The notes under the pieces were generated by a model. That model saw nothing but the letters and a program-made list of their open reading frames with translations, ran no database searches and was not told where the DNA came from. DNA of 64,000 bases from Lama guanicoe (Eukaryota): positions 16,136,941 to 16,200,940 of the forward strand of contig MU054187.1 in the NCBI GenBank assembly GCA_013239625.1. Reading direction: 5' to 3'. Positions 13,136 through 25,849 of this stretch are shown here, one piece after another (the first letter of the stretch is position 1; every line of letters starts with the position of its first letter). Position numbers and translations under genes: made by a program.

Positions 13136-13609
13136 TCTGCTGTACTTACACAATGACTAAAAATTCCAGTTTAAATTTCTATCTCACTTCCTCTGAAGTA
13201 AAGAATATAGTAACCTCCTATAAATGGAATGCAGCAATAATGGAGCAAAGAGGTACTCACAGCCTCTAAAATTGATATTGTGAAGAACATGAATTAAAGT
13301 ACCTACACTTTACATATAACAGAGCCACCCAGATTCTAATTACTTTTTGCTCCTTGTGTTGTTCTGATGTCTGTTACTTGGTTTCCTAGTCTATCATGAA
13401 TAAAATAAATGAGAATGAGAGAAAAATAGATGTTACCATAGGCAAGGACACACAAAACAGCCTCCTATGCAGGGAAGACTGTAAGACAGGTAAATAAATA
13501 CATAGACAAATCAGTTGATCAATCCATTAATCATGGCAGTTGAAGCTATTTGGTATATGGTCAAGCTATCTACTTATGTTTCAAAGCATAGATCCAAAAT
13601 ATAAGCATC

Positions 13610-14438
13610 CTCTGTCACCTGTGGGGGATGTTCCAAGACCCCCAGTGGACACCTGAAACCACAGGTAGTACTGAACTGTGTATATCCTATAATTTTTTCT
13701 GTACATAATCTACCTATAATAAAGCTCAATTTATAAATTAGTCACAGTAAGAGATCAGTAACAACAATAAAATAGAACAATCATAATAATATACTGTCAT
13801 AAAAGTTATGTGACTGTGGTCTCTGTCTCTCAGAATATCTTCCTGTACAAATGTAATGCCTTTTCTATCTTAACGAGGTACTTACCACCCACCGTGGCTG
13901 TGATTTTTGCAGTTTGGGGTGCAACAGCAAAACTAGCACAGAGTTCTTTTCCTTGGTTCACAATTTCATGAATGGAGGATTCAGTCTTACTGTAGATCTT
14001 AGCAATCGGAGCGTACAATTCTTTTCCTTTTCTTCCTAGGTTGAGAATTTTCACCTTTTTATTTAAAGGAAGCACGTTACGACTTCTCTTGGGTATATGT
14101 GCATTGCCAGCATCACTACTCTTGCGTTTGGGTGCTGTTATTAAGTAAAATAAGGGTTCCTGGAAAACTAGCACTGCGATACCTCTTCAGTCAATCTGAT
14201 AACCTAGAAGGCTAAGCGACTAATGGGCACGGATGTGCTGGACAAAGGGAAGATTCACGTTCAAGGTGGGAAAGAGCCAGAGGGCATGAGTTTTCAGCCT
14301 GCTACTCAGAACTAAGTACAATTTAAAACTTATGAATTGTTTATTTTGAAATATTCCATTTATTCTTTTTGTATTGTGGTTGACTGTGGGTACCTGAAAC
14401 TGGGGAAAGTGAAACCACAGATAAAGGAGACATTACTG
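13610..14438 (-). mobile_element. MER44/Tigger7 internally deleted DNA transposon
   Basis: Ends match MER44: 'GGGGGATGTTCCAAGACCCCCAGTGGACACCTGAAACC' and 'GGTACCTGAAACTGGGGAAAGTGAAACCACAGATAAAGGAGACATTACTG'. Carries the transposase N-terminus. Confidence 0.9.
13830..14174 (-). pseudogene. Tigger7 transposase N-terminal remnant (CENP-B/pogo-type HTH DNA-binding region)
   Basis: ORF reads APKRKSSDAGN..KRSRNVLPLNKKVKIL..YAPIAKIYSKTESSIHEIV..LVKIEKALHLY, the psq/CENP-B-type HTH of pogo/Tigger transposases. The DDE domain is absent. Confidence 0.8.
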
Positions 14439-14449
14439 GAACATCCTTT

Positions 14450-14665
14450 ATAAAGCTTTTCTTGACTCTATTTGCTAGAATTATCACCATCTCCTCTGGG
14501 CTTTAAATCTCTAAATAATTTTTGCTTACCTCCACTGTGGCATTTTTAACATTTTCCCTTTTACTAACTTGCAAGCTTTTGTAGATAAGGGATTTTTAAA
14601 AATCTTTCCCTATTCTGTGCTTGGCACAGTGCTTGCCATAAAAATAGGTGAAATGGATGAAACAA
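14450..14665 (+). mobile_element. L2 3' end fragment
   Basis: 'GTGCTTGGCACAGTGCTTGCCATA..AATAGGTGAAATGGATGAA' matches the L2 tail. Confidence 0.5.
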
Positions 14666-16709
14666 ACCCCATTTCAATAATATCAGGTGAAATCTTGTAT
14701 TACAGCAGGGGGAAGGATAATAACTGATGTGTAATTCGATTTAGAAATAAATGTTCAGGTTATAACTTCACTTTCTTTAGAGAAGTAAATTTTAGATTAT
14801 TAGAAAAGCTAATCCATCTATGTATATATTGCACATTATATATTTTATATATAAATTAAAAATCATATATAATATTACGCATACTATCAATTTTGTATAC
14901 TGCCGTTAAGTATCAAAACGCCAAAGCCAAAGTGTATATTATGTGAGTTTCATTTTACCATGGCTTAATTAGAGTTTGCCTAGCATAAATACAGACATGG
15001 AAAATTCAAAGATCATGAGATAACCATTCTACAAATTTCACTTTGAATGTTTAGCATCATCTTCCATCATGTCTAAGAATGATCAGAGAACACACATATA
15101 ATCTATCAGGGAAGTATTGGTATGTTCTAGAATTCATACTGAGTTCATAGCTCCTAGGTCACACTGCCTCAGTGAAGTGTCCATTTATAGGACATTACTG
15201 TTTAATGTCTCAGATGCACATCCATAAATTGAGTGAGTCATCTATGACCAGATCACCTAACTCCCAATTAACCATGATGTTTCTGAGATAAGACAATTTC
15301 ATATTTTTACATATATGAAAATACAAAAAGAACTTCTACCAGTCAGTTGTTCAAAATCTGTATATCTTAAATTTTGCAAAATGAGCAAAATTGTCCTACA
15401 TAGGCCACATTTCTTTCTTTATATACTATGCTATCTTATTTAGAAAGAGATGTCAATTATGAATATTTCAGTAAAAGATCATCTTGATGGGACCTTTTCT
15501 ATTCAGTGTGCATTATTTCTGTCAAATCTCTATCTGTTTAGCAGATAAATGTATTTACTTAATCTTTGGAGCCTGGGAGTCATCATACTTTTTGTAGATG
15601 AAAACATAATCATACATGCTATTTATAAAATATTTAAAATTATAAATGCCACCTCTCTTGATACCACAACTGAACTGTGTGTCAAATTAGTTGCTACGTC
15701 AAAGATCCCTAAGAACAGAAAATATCATTTGTTTTCCTGAAAATGTCAAAAGTGTGACAAGGATAAATACTTCAGTTTTAGTAACTTTTAAGGGCAGGAA
15801 TACGTGAATCTTGGATGACACAAAGCCAGTATTTTTTTCCCCTTTAAATAAATTAAAACTGCTAAGATATAAACTCCCTGAAAAATGGGGTTTATAATAG
15901 AAGTAGAAACTGACCCTTAACTATAGTGGCACTACCGGATGCCGTTATAATAAGCTCCCCTAGATGCCATGGTGTAAATGTATTAGCTGTGCTAAGAGAC
16001 CCACTCCTGCTATAATTATGTTAGGAACCAATAAGACAGCTCAGAAATCAATATGCTAAGACAGATAGAGTAAAAGACCATGGCCAGCCCACTGGGAATA
16101 GATCAGTCTGGCAGGTTCCTAGCTGAGCCATGAAGAGCGGGATATCTGTGCTGTTGTAGAAAGCCATTAATTGTAAATTTTCCTGAACAAGGAACTTGAA
16201 GGGAAAGCTTAGACTGCGTTGTTCATACCACTCAATGAAAACTGCAACTCTTATTGATCAAGAGTTAAGCTTTTTATTCTTCTTTCGAAATCCAGCAGTG
16301 CAAAAATCTAAATGTTCAGAGGGATTTTTGAAGCTTTTCCCACAGTGCATCTAATAATACTCTTCTTTGGTTATTAATTTGTTTTAATATTTTTAAAACT
16401 TCTAGACTAGATCGATAAAATCGCATTTAGACAATGGCCCCACATATGGACGAGTTTACTAGTGTGATATCAGTTATCTGATCAATTAACTTTCAAATGT
16501 CATGGAAGTGAAGAGGGACATTCTCTCACTGTTTTCTACAAGTTGGCAATCACCTAACTATTAGATCTTACTAATTGTAATACTAACGAGGAGGAAGAGC
16601 TGCTGCAAATTATTTTAACCATATCAAATTGGATTTTCTTAATACTGTTAGCCTAATTTGAGTAATTTGCTCAATAGACATAAGCAGTGTAAGTTAGTAG
16701 TTTTACTAA

Positions 16710-16714
16710 GAAAA

Positions 16715-16770
<56 letters not shown>

Positions 16771-16835
16771 AAAGAAGAAAGAAAAAAAGAATGAGGAAGG
16801 AAGAAAGGAAAGAAGGAAGAAAGAAATGAGAAGAA
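16710..16835 (+). repeat. (GAAA)n microsatellite with purine-rich tail
   Basis: Directly visible. Explains ORFs 16648-16872, 16658-17014 and 16671-16931. Confidence 0.97.
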
Positions 16836-19078
16836 AACAAAAGGGCAACCTTTTGTGGTTACAGTTTGACACATCTGCTCATGTCCAATCAAGCTTTCAA
16901 ACACAGAGTAGTAAACAAAAGCAGCGATCAAGCAAGGACAAAGTCAGAGACGTAAGTGGTTTGAATGAGTGTGCAATTTCTGCCCATATGACCATCCTGA
17001 CACAATTGCTCTAATTTTCTTTCCAGAAATGACTGATAAAAGATTTAGGTAATTGCTATGGAGACAGACTTCCTTCCATCACGGGGTATCTTGAATAATG
17101 CAGCCTCAGGGTCATAAGATGGAGTGTCAGTTTCTGCAGAGTCCTAAATTAATACTTGTCCCTGCTTTAGCTACACTTCCTGTACATCTAATGAAGTGAA
17201 TGTAATTTATTTTGACAATGTATTGAAAATCACTTGATCAAATGACTATTCCATAATGAACACAAAAGGCAGTAAAGGCTTGGAAACAATAAACTTCAAA
17301 AATAACATAAACATACATCAGTTTCTCAAAGCATGCTTTTTTTCCCTAAAAAGTGCATGTGGAGTCTGAATAAATATGAAATAAAATAGTTTCAAAAAAG
17401 CTTAATAATTCATGCAAATGTAAAAAAAAAAGCAATGTGTTTTTGGCTCTGATGCCTGAGATTGACCTGTCTCCATTCAGCACGTGACCTTGTCCCCTCT
17501 AATCAAACTTAATTTATCTGGCTGATCTTTGCATTTCTAACTATTAGGTAGCACACAGAAAGAAGACCAGAGAGCAGCAAACAAGCTGGTACTCAGAAGG
17601 AAATTCTGAACATATTGTAGATCAAAACTGCCAGAAATTTTATCTTCATTCACGAACAGTCAATTTACAAGAGAATCTTAAACACCTCCACTAAAACGTC
17701 ATAACATCAGAAAGACTCCAGTTCTGAGGTCTCCTGAATGTTATGACATTTTCAATAGTTAATGAAATCAGCTGTGTGCTAATAAAAACTCCATAGACTG
17801 ACATCATAAATGATCTGCAGGCTATATAATTTGTCCAAAGATACACATGTAAGATTAACATACAAGATAGTTTCTTTCTCAACATGAAAATTTTTCTTAG
17901 GTCTTGTAACAGGGTTTTTCCTTTTTCCACTGGTGGAAAACAGTACCTAAGATTTGAAAATGTTCAAATGCTTGAATTACACATATGTTTGATTGTACCA
18001 AGAACCAATACAGTAAATTTGCATGATTTTCTTTCTTCAGCAAACTAGCAGAACACCTTGGAAACTGCCAAAAGTAGTATAATTGAACTATGTAGCTTGC
18101 ACTAAAAAGAAGTACACTTGGTACCATCTTGGCAAGCGGGCCAAAGCAAGGCGAGTGTCTGTACAGTGGCCCCGTGAAAGTACAATGTAGTGTTTAAATA
18201 CAGCCAGGCAGAAGCCAGTGGATAATGCTCAGTAATGGGTTAATCAATACTTATTATGGTTTTATTGGTTCACTAAAGAGAGAACAGAATCTAGTGAGCA
18301 CAGAGTCGAAAAAATCACTGCATCTGATCTAGATAACATCTACTTTCCCTAAGGGATTTCCCTATTCAAGAATCCAATTTACCATGCCTGATTGACAAGG
18401 ATTGGATCCTAGGGAATCACATAACTCTTTTTAGGACCCAATAAAATCCTAATGGATTTGTCTGACTGGCCAGGAGACTTCTAGTTTTACTAAACTGAGG
18501 TGGTTTGCTGCAATTAGCCTTTATTCCACTTGCAGTTGAAAAACTAGGCTATTAGGAGTCATCCCCCCTCTACAAATGCTGGTGTCATGCTGGGATGTGC
18601 CCGCTGGAAGGAGGCACTGTGTTGTATAAAAGAAGGCCCTTATGATAAATTGTAAACATTTGAAAGCTTCTGAAAAATGGTAATCAAAACAGGCTTCAAA
18701 TGAAAAAGGGGAAACGTCCAACTAAATTGCACGTTTAAAATCCATTTATTGGTCAGTTAGCCGTTACAATTTATTTCTCATTCAGGTAATGGTAATAGAA
18801 AGAAATCTCTCTGTTTGAAAGCAGCTTTGAAATATGTACCATTTGCTATCTAAGCTTCCCCTTTAATATCTGAAGTTTGAACAAAAAATATTCTTCCACA
18901 AAACAAATCTTGTAGACAGTTGTCCCTGGACCAGCTCTTTTTCTCCTAGAGATAGTGTTTTTACTAAGCAGTTAACTTGTTCAAGCACACTGGTTTTTGA
19001 TCATGGCATACTATCTTGGTGGCTCTTAAGAAGTCAGAAAACACTGGGAGTGTGATGATGATTTGAAGTAAGGGCTGA

Positions 19079-19175
19079 GGGGAGGGTATAGCTCAGAGGC
19101 AAAGCACATGCTTAGTGTGCTTGAGGTTTTGGGTTCAATTCCCAGTCCCTCCATTAAAATAAATGAATAAATAAA
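19079..19175 (+). mobile_element. Camelid tRNA-derived SINE (Vic-1 type) with target-site duplication
   Basis: A-box TAGCTCAGAGG, B-box GGTTCAATTCC and an (AAAT)n tail. Flanked by TGAAGTAAGGGCTGA (19064-19078) and TGAAGTGAGGGCTGA (19176-19190). Confidence 0.9.
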
Positions 19176-20989
19176 TGAAGTGAGGGCTGAATCATAGCTC
19201 AAGAATTTTAAAATAATATATAAATCATATTTTGAAGCAAACATCCCTCTAATATAAAAGTCACTGGTGCAACCCATTTTCCTCTAAAATCATGTGTGCT
19301 CTTTCAGAAGGCATAAGGCATACTTTAACTATGTTTAAGTTAAATGGATTTCATAATCAGAAATACATTCACTTATTAAGTGTCTTTGGATAGACATCAT
19401 GATTTACTCTTTTCCTCTTTTCTCTTTGGAGGAACCTAAGTGATACACAGAGTGTACAGAGAAGCTCTCACTACCAGCATCCATCTGTAGTTTCCAATTC
19501 CAAAATCTCCAGCTAAAATGCTATGCTAAATGAGTGCAAAAAATCAATTTCCAATAAGAGAGGCATGATGATCTATGATAATGTATGTTTAAACATATAA
19601 AATGGGCATATAAACGTCATATGTTCAAATGACTCATATGAAGTTATTTAAATGTAGGTTTAGCATATTATCATATTTAACATATATATAAATTTTTATC
19701 ATAATATTCTATCTCAGTGACTGTTAAAAAGATTAAAAAATGCTGTGTATAATAATTATAGACAAAAGCTGAGAAAGAAAGCCAAAAAGAAAAAGAAAAA
19801 AAGAGAGGAAGGGAGGTAGAAAAAGAGCAAGAAAGTAATTAAATAGAAAGATTGTGATAAAATTATAGCATGATTACTTCTTTCAGTTACATTATAAATA
19901 ATTCTACTTTATTTATTTATTTTGTTTTATTCTAGTTTTTAAATGAAAACACTTGTGGAATAAGAAAAATGTAAATTTCATTAAAAATGAAAAAGTGATA
20001 TGTGGTTAAGTATGATAATGCAGAAATTATATTTGTGAACATTATAATTCTAAGGAAGGTCAAGATAGCTTCAAAAGTGTTAGGGTGATATTGCGGAAGA
20101 TAAGTGGAATTGGTGTTTTTCTCCTTACCAGACTAGATTTATGTATGGTTCAGGATTATTTTAGAAGTATCTTGTTAAAGTTTGTAGGGTTAATTCCATA
20201 TAACTCTGACACTCTAAGGGTGAAATATCTCATCCAGAGCTAATATATTTACTTCACCTTATCACACATTGAAGTGTTTCCAGGGACCAAGGAATGAATT
20301 TAAGATGTCAGCAGAAGTTACTGCATTAGTTTTAATCAGAGTATATAAAAAAGTATTATTGAAATATTATGACAGTTTGAAGAGAATTATATAGGAGATG
20401 ATTAAAATGCCCCTCATTAGAATTTTTTTACATTTGTTTGTTACTGTTGGTTTTTTGGGTTGCTCTAGGACTTTAAATGATTTATTGCTCTTGGTTAAGA
20501 ATTTAGTAGGAATTTTTTCATACTAGATAATTTTGATTGCTTATCCATACATGATTTGCTAATTATTATTTAAGTTTTTATTTGTTGCTAATTTTATTTT
20601 TATCTTTAGCACAATTAGTGGTATTTCACTTATGCATTGTAATGCAATTTTCACTTTTAATATAAAATTATAATTATAAAAGGCAAGGGATTTTAATTCA
20701 AAATCATAAAAACAGCTAGTTAGAGTAAAATGAAAATTTTTCCAGTTTAAAATGATGGTCTGAGCCTCACATTTACTTATTTTATCCCATGAAACTCAAC
20801 TGTAATGTCAGCAAAGAAATAGCCAACTGTAAAAATTCAAAAAGGAAACAAGAATTAGAAATAAGTGAGAAAATAAGAACCTGAACAATATTCTGAAACA
20901 CAGGTAATAAATGAAAACATAGCAATGCATCAATGAAGCCTAGATGAGGCAGGCAAAATGAATTTTCCAAAAGTGATCCCAGTAATATT

Positions 20990-21470
20990 TTCAATTCCAG
21001 TTGCCATTTCAGAACTTTGCTATTCCTTCATCAAATGAGGGAGTCTATTTCCCCTGCCTTCAAATTATTTCACTGGGTGGATATGGAATATGGCAGGTAC
21101 GATGCTTTGTAACCTCTGAGGTGATATGGCTTCTGTCCGGTTCTCTTCCTGGGGTGCTTGCCCATGGGACATAACTCCCATGTTGTGAGGAAGCCAGGTC
21201 AAATGGAGAGGCTGTATGTAAGTATTTCAGTAATCACCCCGAGCTAAGGTCTCAACTGACAACCAGCATCGACAGGCAGATATGTGAATGTGCAAGTCTT
21301 CAGGAGAGAACAGTCCCTAACCTTTGCCCCAGTGGACACTAAACGCAGCAGAGATGAGAGATTTCTCTTAAGTTTTCACCAAATTGGAAAATCATCAGCA
21401 AAATTAATTCTACTTTTGTTTTAAGTCACCAAGTTTTGGGGTAGATTTTAGGTAACAATAGATAATCACA
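20990..21470 (+). mobile_element. MLT1 (G/H-like) LTR
   Basis: 'CCATGTTGTGAGGAAGCC..ATGGAGAGG', 'CCAGCATCGAC..CAGATATGTGA' and 3' end 'TTTTAAGTCACCAAGTTTTGGGGTAG..AATAGATAA'. Confidence 0.85.
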
Positions 21471-22860
21471 ATCAATTTTGTTAATTAGAAGTAGGGTGCT
21501 ATCATAACAAAATATAAACCGTGTTGCTTGGGGTCCAGGTAGCAGGTGGAAGCTAGAAGGACATTGAGGAAGGTATTAGGGAAAGATTAAAGAGCCTTGA
21601 AGAGATTATTAACAGATATTTGATGACTCAGGGAGACTGTTAGTGATGACTTAAAGGATATGAGAAAAATATTATTGGAAACTGGAGGAAAGGGGACCCT
21701 TGTTACATAGTGGCAAAAAGTATAACCACACTTTGCTTTTGATAATGTTGAAGATAGAATATATACCTAACGAACTGGATGATCTAGCTGAAATGATTTC
21801 TAGACAGACTAGTGAAATTCCCATCTGGTTCCTTCTCACTGATTTTGATAAAATGAGAGAGAAAAGAAATGCGTTTAGAAATTAATGTTTAGTTTTCAAG
21901 TGAAATTAAAAGGAGATATAAACTGCCAGGTCTTGTGGGGTTCAAAAATAAAACATTTCATATTTCAGGCCTCTCCAAGATTCTCAGTGAGAATGGGCTT
22001 CAGAGCAAATATCAAATCCAAGGTGGGAATATGGCATCATTTTTAATACCTCTGAGGATTTAAGGATTGCCTCAGAAATTCACTCAGTCAGATCAAGTTC
22101 TCTAATAATCTGAAGAGTACAGCTCACAGGTCTTCTCCATTAAACAGCAGGGCTAAAATTCTCAAGAGCTCTACATATCAGAAGTCTGACAAGAAGCCAA
22201 AGATGGAGGAGGACTTGCTTAAAAAGATTGCTGGGTATCTTGGCAGGATGAACAATAAGAGATTAAAAAAAAACTGAAATTTTAAGGGAATTTTGTGGTT
22301 GAAAACACTGCTGCCTTGCGCTAACATAGACAGTGACAGAACAACTGAAAATGAAAAGTGACTTTTAGACTCCTAGACCACTGAGCTAATGCAGGCTGAA
22401 AAAACTACTCAGGGACAAACAACAAGAAAGGTTGACTTGAAAGGTAAAGCCAGGAACCTTCAGGTCAAAACAAGAACTTCTGGAGTGGGAGTGGGTATAC
22501 TCAGTGGTAGAGCACATGCTTAGCGTAAGGTGCAGGGTTCAATTTCCAGTACCTCCAGTAAGGGAAAAATAAAATTAATGCACAGGAACCCATGGAGACT
22601 CATTCCCTGACAGTAGTACTAAGCCCTAAAAAGTGAATTGGAATATGTGCCTCGATAGATTTTTAGTAAATGAATTGGAATTTGTCCCTGGATAGATTTC
22701 AGAATTACTATGGAACAGTAAATATACTCAGAAGAGAAGTATGAAGGATTTGATAAGTCCAGAAGGGAATGTTAACTTTTTAAAAATAATATTCTGATTC
22801 CCCAGATTGGATGATGATATTTCAGACTACCAATGAATTGTACCAGATATGGAGAATTAG
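21471..22860 (+). mobile_element. MLT1 internal (MaLR-int) sequence
   Basis: Directly follows the LTR. Contains 'AGAAGTAGGGTGCT..ATAACAAA' and 'ATTGGAAACTGGAGGAAAGGGGACCCTTGTTACATAGTGGCA', characteristic of MLT-int. Confidence 0.8.
22487..22578 (+). mobile_element. Second camelid tRNA-derived SINE, nested in MLT1-int
   Basis: 'GGGTATACTCAGTGGTAGAGCACATGCTTAGC..GGGTTCAATTTCCAGTACCTCCA' followed by an A-rich tail. Confidence 0.85.
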
Positions 22861-23414
22861 GTAACATTTGAATCCTATAGATTTGGGGGGAAAATCAAAA
22901 AGTGAGGTTTTGTTGTTGGGTCAACATCTACATGCAGAAACCAAGTATAAACACCACAAAAACAAAATTAAAATTTTAATAAGTTGATGTATTATAAATG
23001 ATCTAGTAATTTTAAACTACTATATATCATAGGTTAATTTCATTTAAAAATTATTACAAAGTATAGGTCTATAGGAAATTAATATGTAATGGAGAGATCT
23101 AGAACAAGTTTACATTTCTTATAAGTATACCCTAGTTTTAATTAATTTCCAAACCAGGCAACTAAATTAAATATTTTGTTTTTTTTACACTAGGCTGCAG
23201 CTTTACTTCATGCAGCGCAGGTACTTTAGTCAACAGTTAAAATTCTCTCTAGGGGAGGAGAATGAATGAGGGAAAACAGAAAATAGGAGATTCAATTAGC
23301 AAAATAAAGTTGCATGGTTCATTTATCAAAGACAATGAAATAAATTATAAAATACTGAGAAATACAGAAGTTACAAAGCATAATAAAGTTTATTTTCCCA
23401 AAAAAAAACAGAAA

Positions 23415-23688
23415 TTAGCCAATGGATGCTACAATGCATGGATTCTCAATTCCCTTATATAAAATGGGATACAGACATACAATTTACACAATCCTCGTAT
23501 TTACTTTAAATCATCTCTATATTACTTACGATATGTAATATAATGAAAATGCTATGTAAATAGTTGGCAGTATGCAGCAAATTCAAGTTTTGCTTTTTGG
23601 TACTATCTGGAATTTTTTACACTATTTTCTATCTGCAGCTGGTTGAATCCATGAATGCAAGACACTAGGGTATGGAGGGTAGATTATA
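23415..23688 (+). mobile_element. MER2/MER2B DNA transposon
   Basis: 'CCCTTATATAAAATGG..TACTTTAAATCATCTCTA..AATGCTATGTAAATAGTTG..GGTTGAATCCATG..ATGGAGGG' matches the MER2 family. Confidence 0.85.
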
Positions 23689-25311
23689 TACTATATTTAG
23701 GGGAATATTAATAATCTCGGTAAAAAATTTTTCTTTTTTTCCATTATTGATCAGGTAGGGGAGGGGTGAATCACTGCAGGTGGAAAACCGTGTACATTTT
23801 GGTGGCACATACTTATCTGAATGTGTTTTGTTAACAGACATTAATTCAAATACAAACGCACTATACGTAATTAAGTTGCCGTTTTGTCAGTGTGACACAG
23901 TGTGTGTTTTTCTGTGTTTTGTTGTTGTTGTCATTTAGTACAATGAGACTATGGGTTTTTCAAAGCCACCCAGTCTCTTTCACAGTATCTTCCTTACAGA
24001 TCACAGGACTCTGCTATAAAATAAATAAATAGATAAATATTTGATGAGGGAAAAAGTGATGATGGTGATTAGAATTGGAGAGGGGGTGAAATTCCCTCAG
24101 ACTGAAGCTATTTCTCTACTTGCCATGCTTTTGATTGCCCAGAAAAATGACACTAAGCACAGCATCCCTATCGATGTTGCAGAAAGATAGCTCATTTCTG
24201 AGCTTTACTTTTGGTTAAACCAAAGCACAGCTGCCTCAAACACATCTAATTACAGCAGTAATTAAAGTTCTTACCTTACCTGTGTAGTCAAGGACACAGG
24301 ACTTCTAATGGGAACAAATCTAGATAGAAAGGCTTGCTGTCAATTAGTCCTGATGGTTTGAAAAAAAAAATAATGAAGGAGAATGAGGGTTGAGTTACAG
24401 CTCTGTACAATAACAAATACAGTAATTCGGCACCTCTCTCTGTTCCTGGATCCTACCCAAGAGTTTGGGAGAAGAAAGACAAGAAGATTATCTGGGTAAT
24501 ATGATCGTTAAGACCATCAGCGGATAACGGTATCCTCCTTCAACTTTGTGCTAGTGCTTACCTCTAACAAAGGATGGGAATGCTACAAATACAAGCTCTC
24601 CAATCTGGGAACAGCACAACGATTCAGTTTCTTGTCACAGTTTCTGTCAATAGAATGCAGGCCAAAGAAGGAGAAAGGAAACGGGACTCTGCTGTGGGCA
24701 GAGTTTTATGCCCAGTCCACTCCCAGTAACATGGCCTTTCCTCATGCGCCTAACTTTCACAGGGTAAAAATATTTTAATAATATCCTTTTCTTGAGTTTT
24801 TTAAATCACTGTTTTTCTCTTCCAATGTGGAAATAGCTATATTAAATTCTGGGAGAGCTAAGTTTATGTGCTGGGAATTGTTAAGGATTGTTTTAAAAAG
24901 AAAATCTTAGTAAACTTTTTATCCTTAGAATATCCCGTGAGGGTTGTGTATTGATCTGAAATATACCAATATTATATGTATTTTTTGGAATGTTGCTCCT
25001 CTATAGCCTCTCAAACTTGCCACTTGATGCTGAAGGTAATCTACGTGCTTGTCTCCTAGACTGTAAAGTCATTAAGACTATATTACAAATTCCAGAGCCT
25101 TTGTGGCTAGCAAAATGTAGATGCTCAGTCTGTGTCTTGATCTGAACTTGAACTTTGCATTAATTACATTAAATTTCCATTCCATTGATTATAATGAATG
25201 TTAAACATTCCATCAGGAACAAACATTTCCACTCTTTTTTGTGTGCATGGCTGGTCTTTTTTTTTCTTATTTTCTCACTTTCATCATACAGGGGGAAATG
25301 CAGTAGCATAT

Positions 25312-25692
25312 TGTGATGGTTAATTTTATGTATCAACTTGGCTAGGCTAGAGAACCCAGTTTTTTAAATCAAACACTAAGCTAGGTGTTGCTGTGAAGGT
25401 ATTTTATAGGTATGGTTGAGGTTTGCAATTAACTGACTTTAAAGGAGATTGTCCTTGATAATCTGGGTGGGGCCACATCCAAGCAATTAAAGGCTTTAAG
25501 AGTAAAAACTGAAGTTTTCCAGGGAAGAACTTCTGTCTCAAGACTGCAGTATTAAATCCTGCTTGAGTTACCAGCCTTCTGGCATGTTCTACAGATTTCA
25601 GCTTTGCCAGACCCCATAATTTCAATTCCTTAAAAATATGTGCGTGTGTGTGTGTGTGTGTGTGTGTTTTTCTGGACCATCCTGACTGTATA
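25312..25692 (+). mobile_element. MLT2 (ERVL) solo LTR with internal (TG)n
   Basis: Canonical start TGTGATGGTTAATTTTATGTATCAACTTGGCTAGGC, 'ATAATCTGGGTGGGG..ATCCAA' and end 'TTTCTGGA..CCTGACT'. Confidence 0.9.
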
Positions 25693-25849
25693 TATCCCCG
25701 ACTAATAAGTATGTTTAGGACACATGGAGCTTTCAGGGAATACCGTGAGTTTTTCTTTGTTTCCATGTTTGCTGTTTATTGTTTTATATTTTAATACTAC
25801 ATTTTTGTAGTCACTAATAGAAATGCAAGCATGTACTTTAAAAAGATCT

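Noticed and set aside
13254..13430. Minus-strand exon-like segment with GTGAGT donor and pyrimidine tract
   Set aside because: All frames are closed, the exon-side donor context is weak, and such pseudo-exons are expected by chance.
16648..17014. Lys/Glu/Arg-rich and Phe/Ser/Leu-rich ORFs
   Set aside because: Translations of the (GAAA)n microsatellite.
19079..19155. tRNA gene
   Set aside because: The A-rich tail, TSD and degenerate cloverleaf show it is a tRNA-derived SINE. The same applies to 22487-22578.
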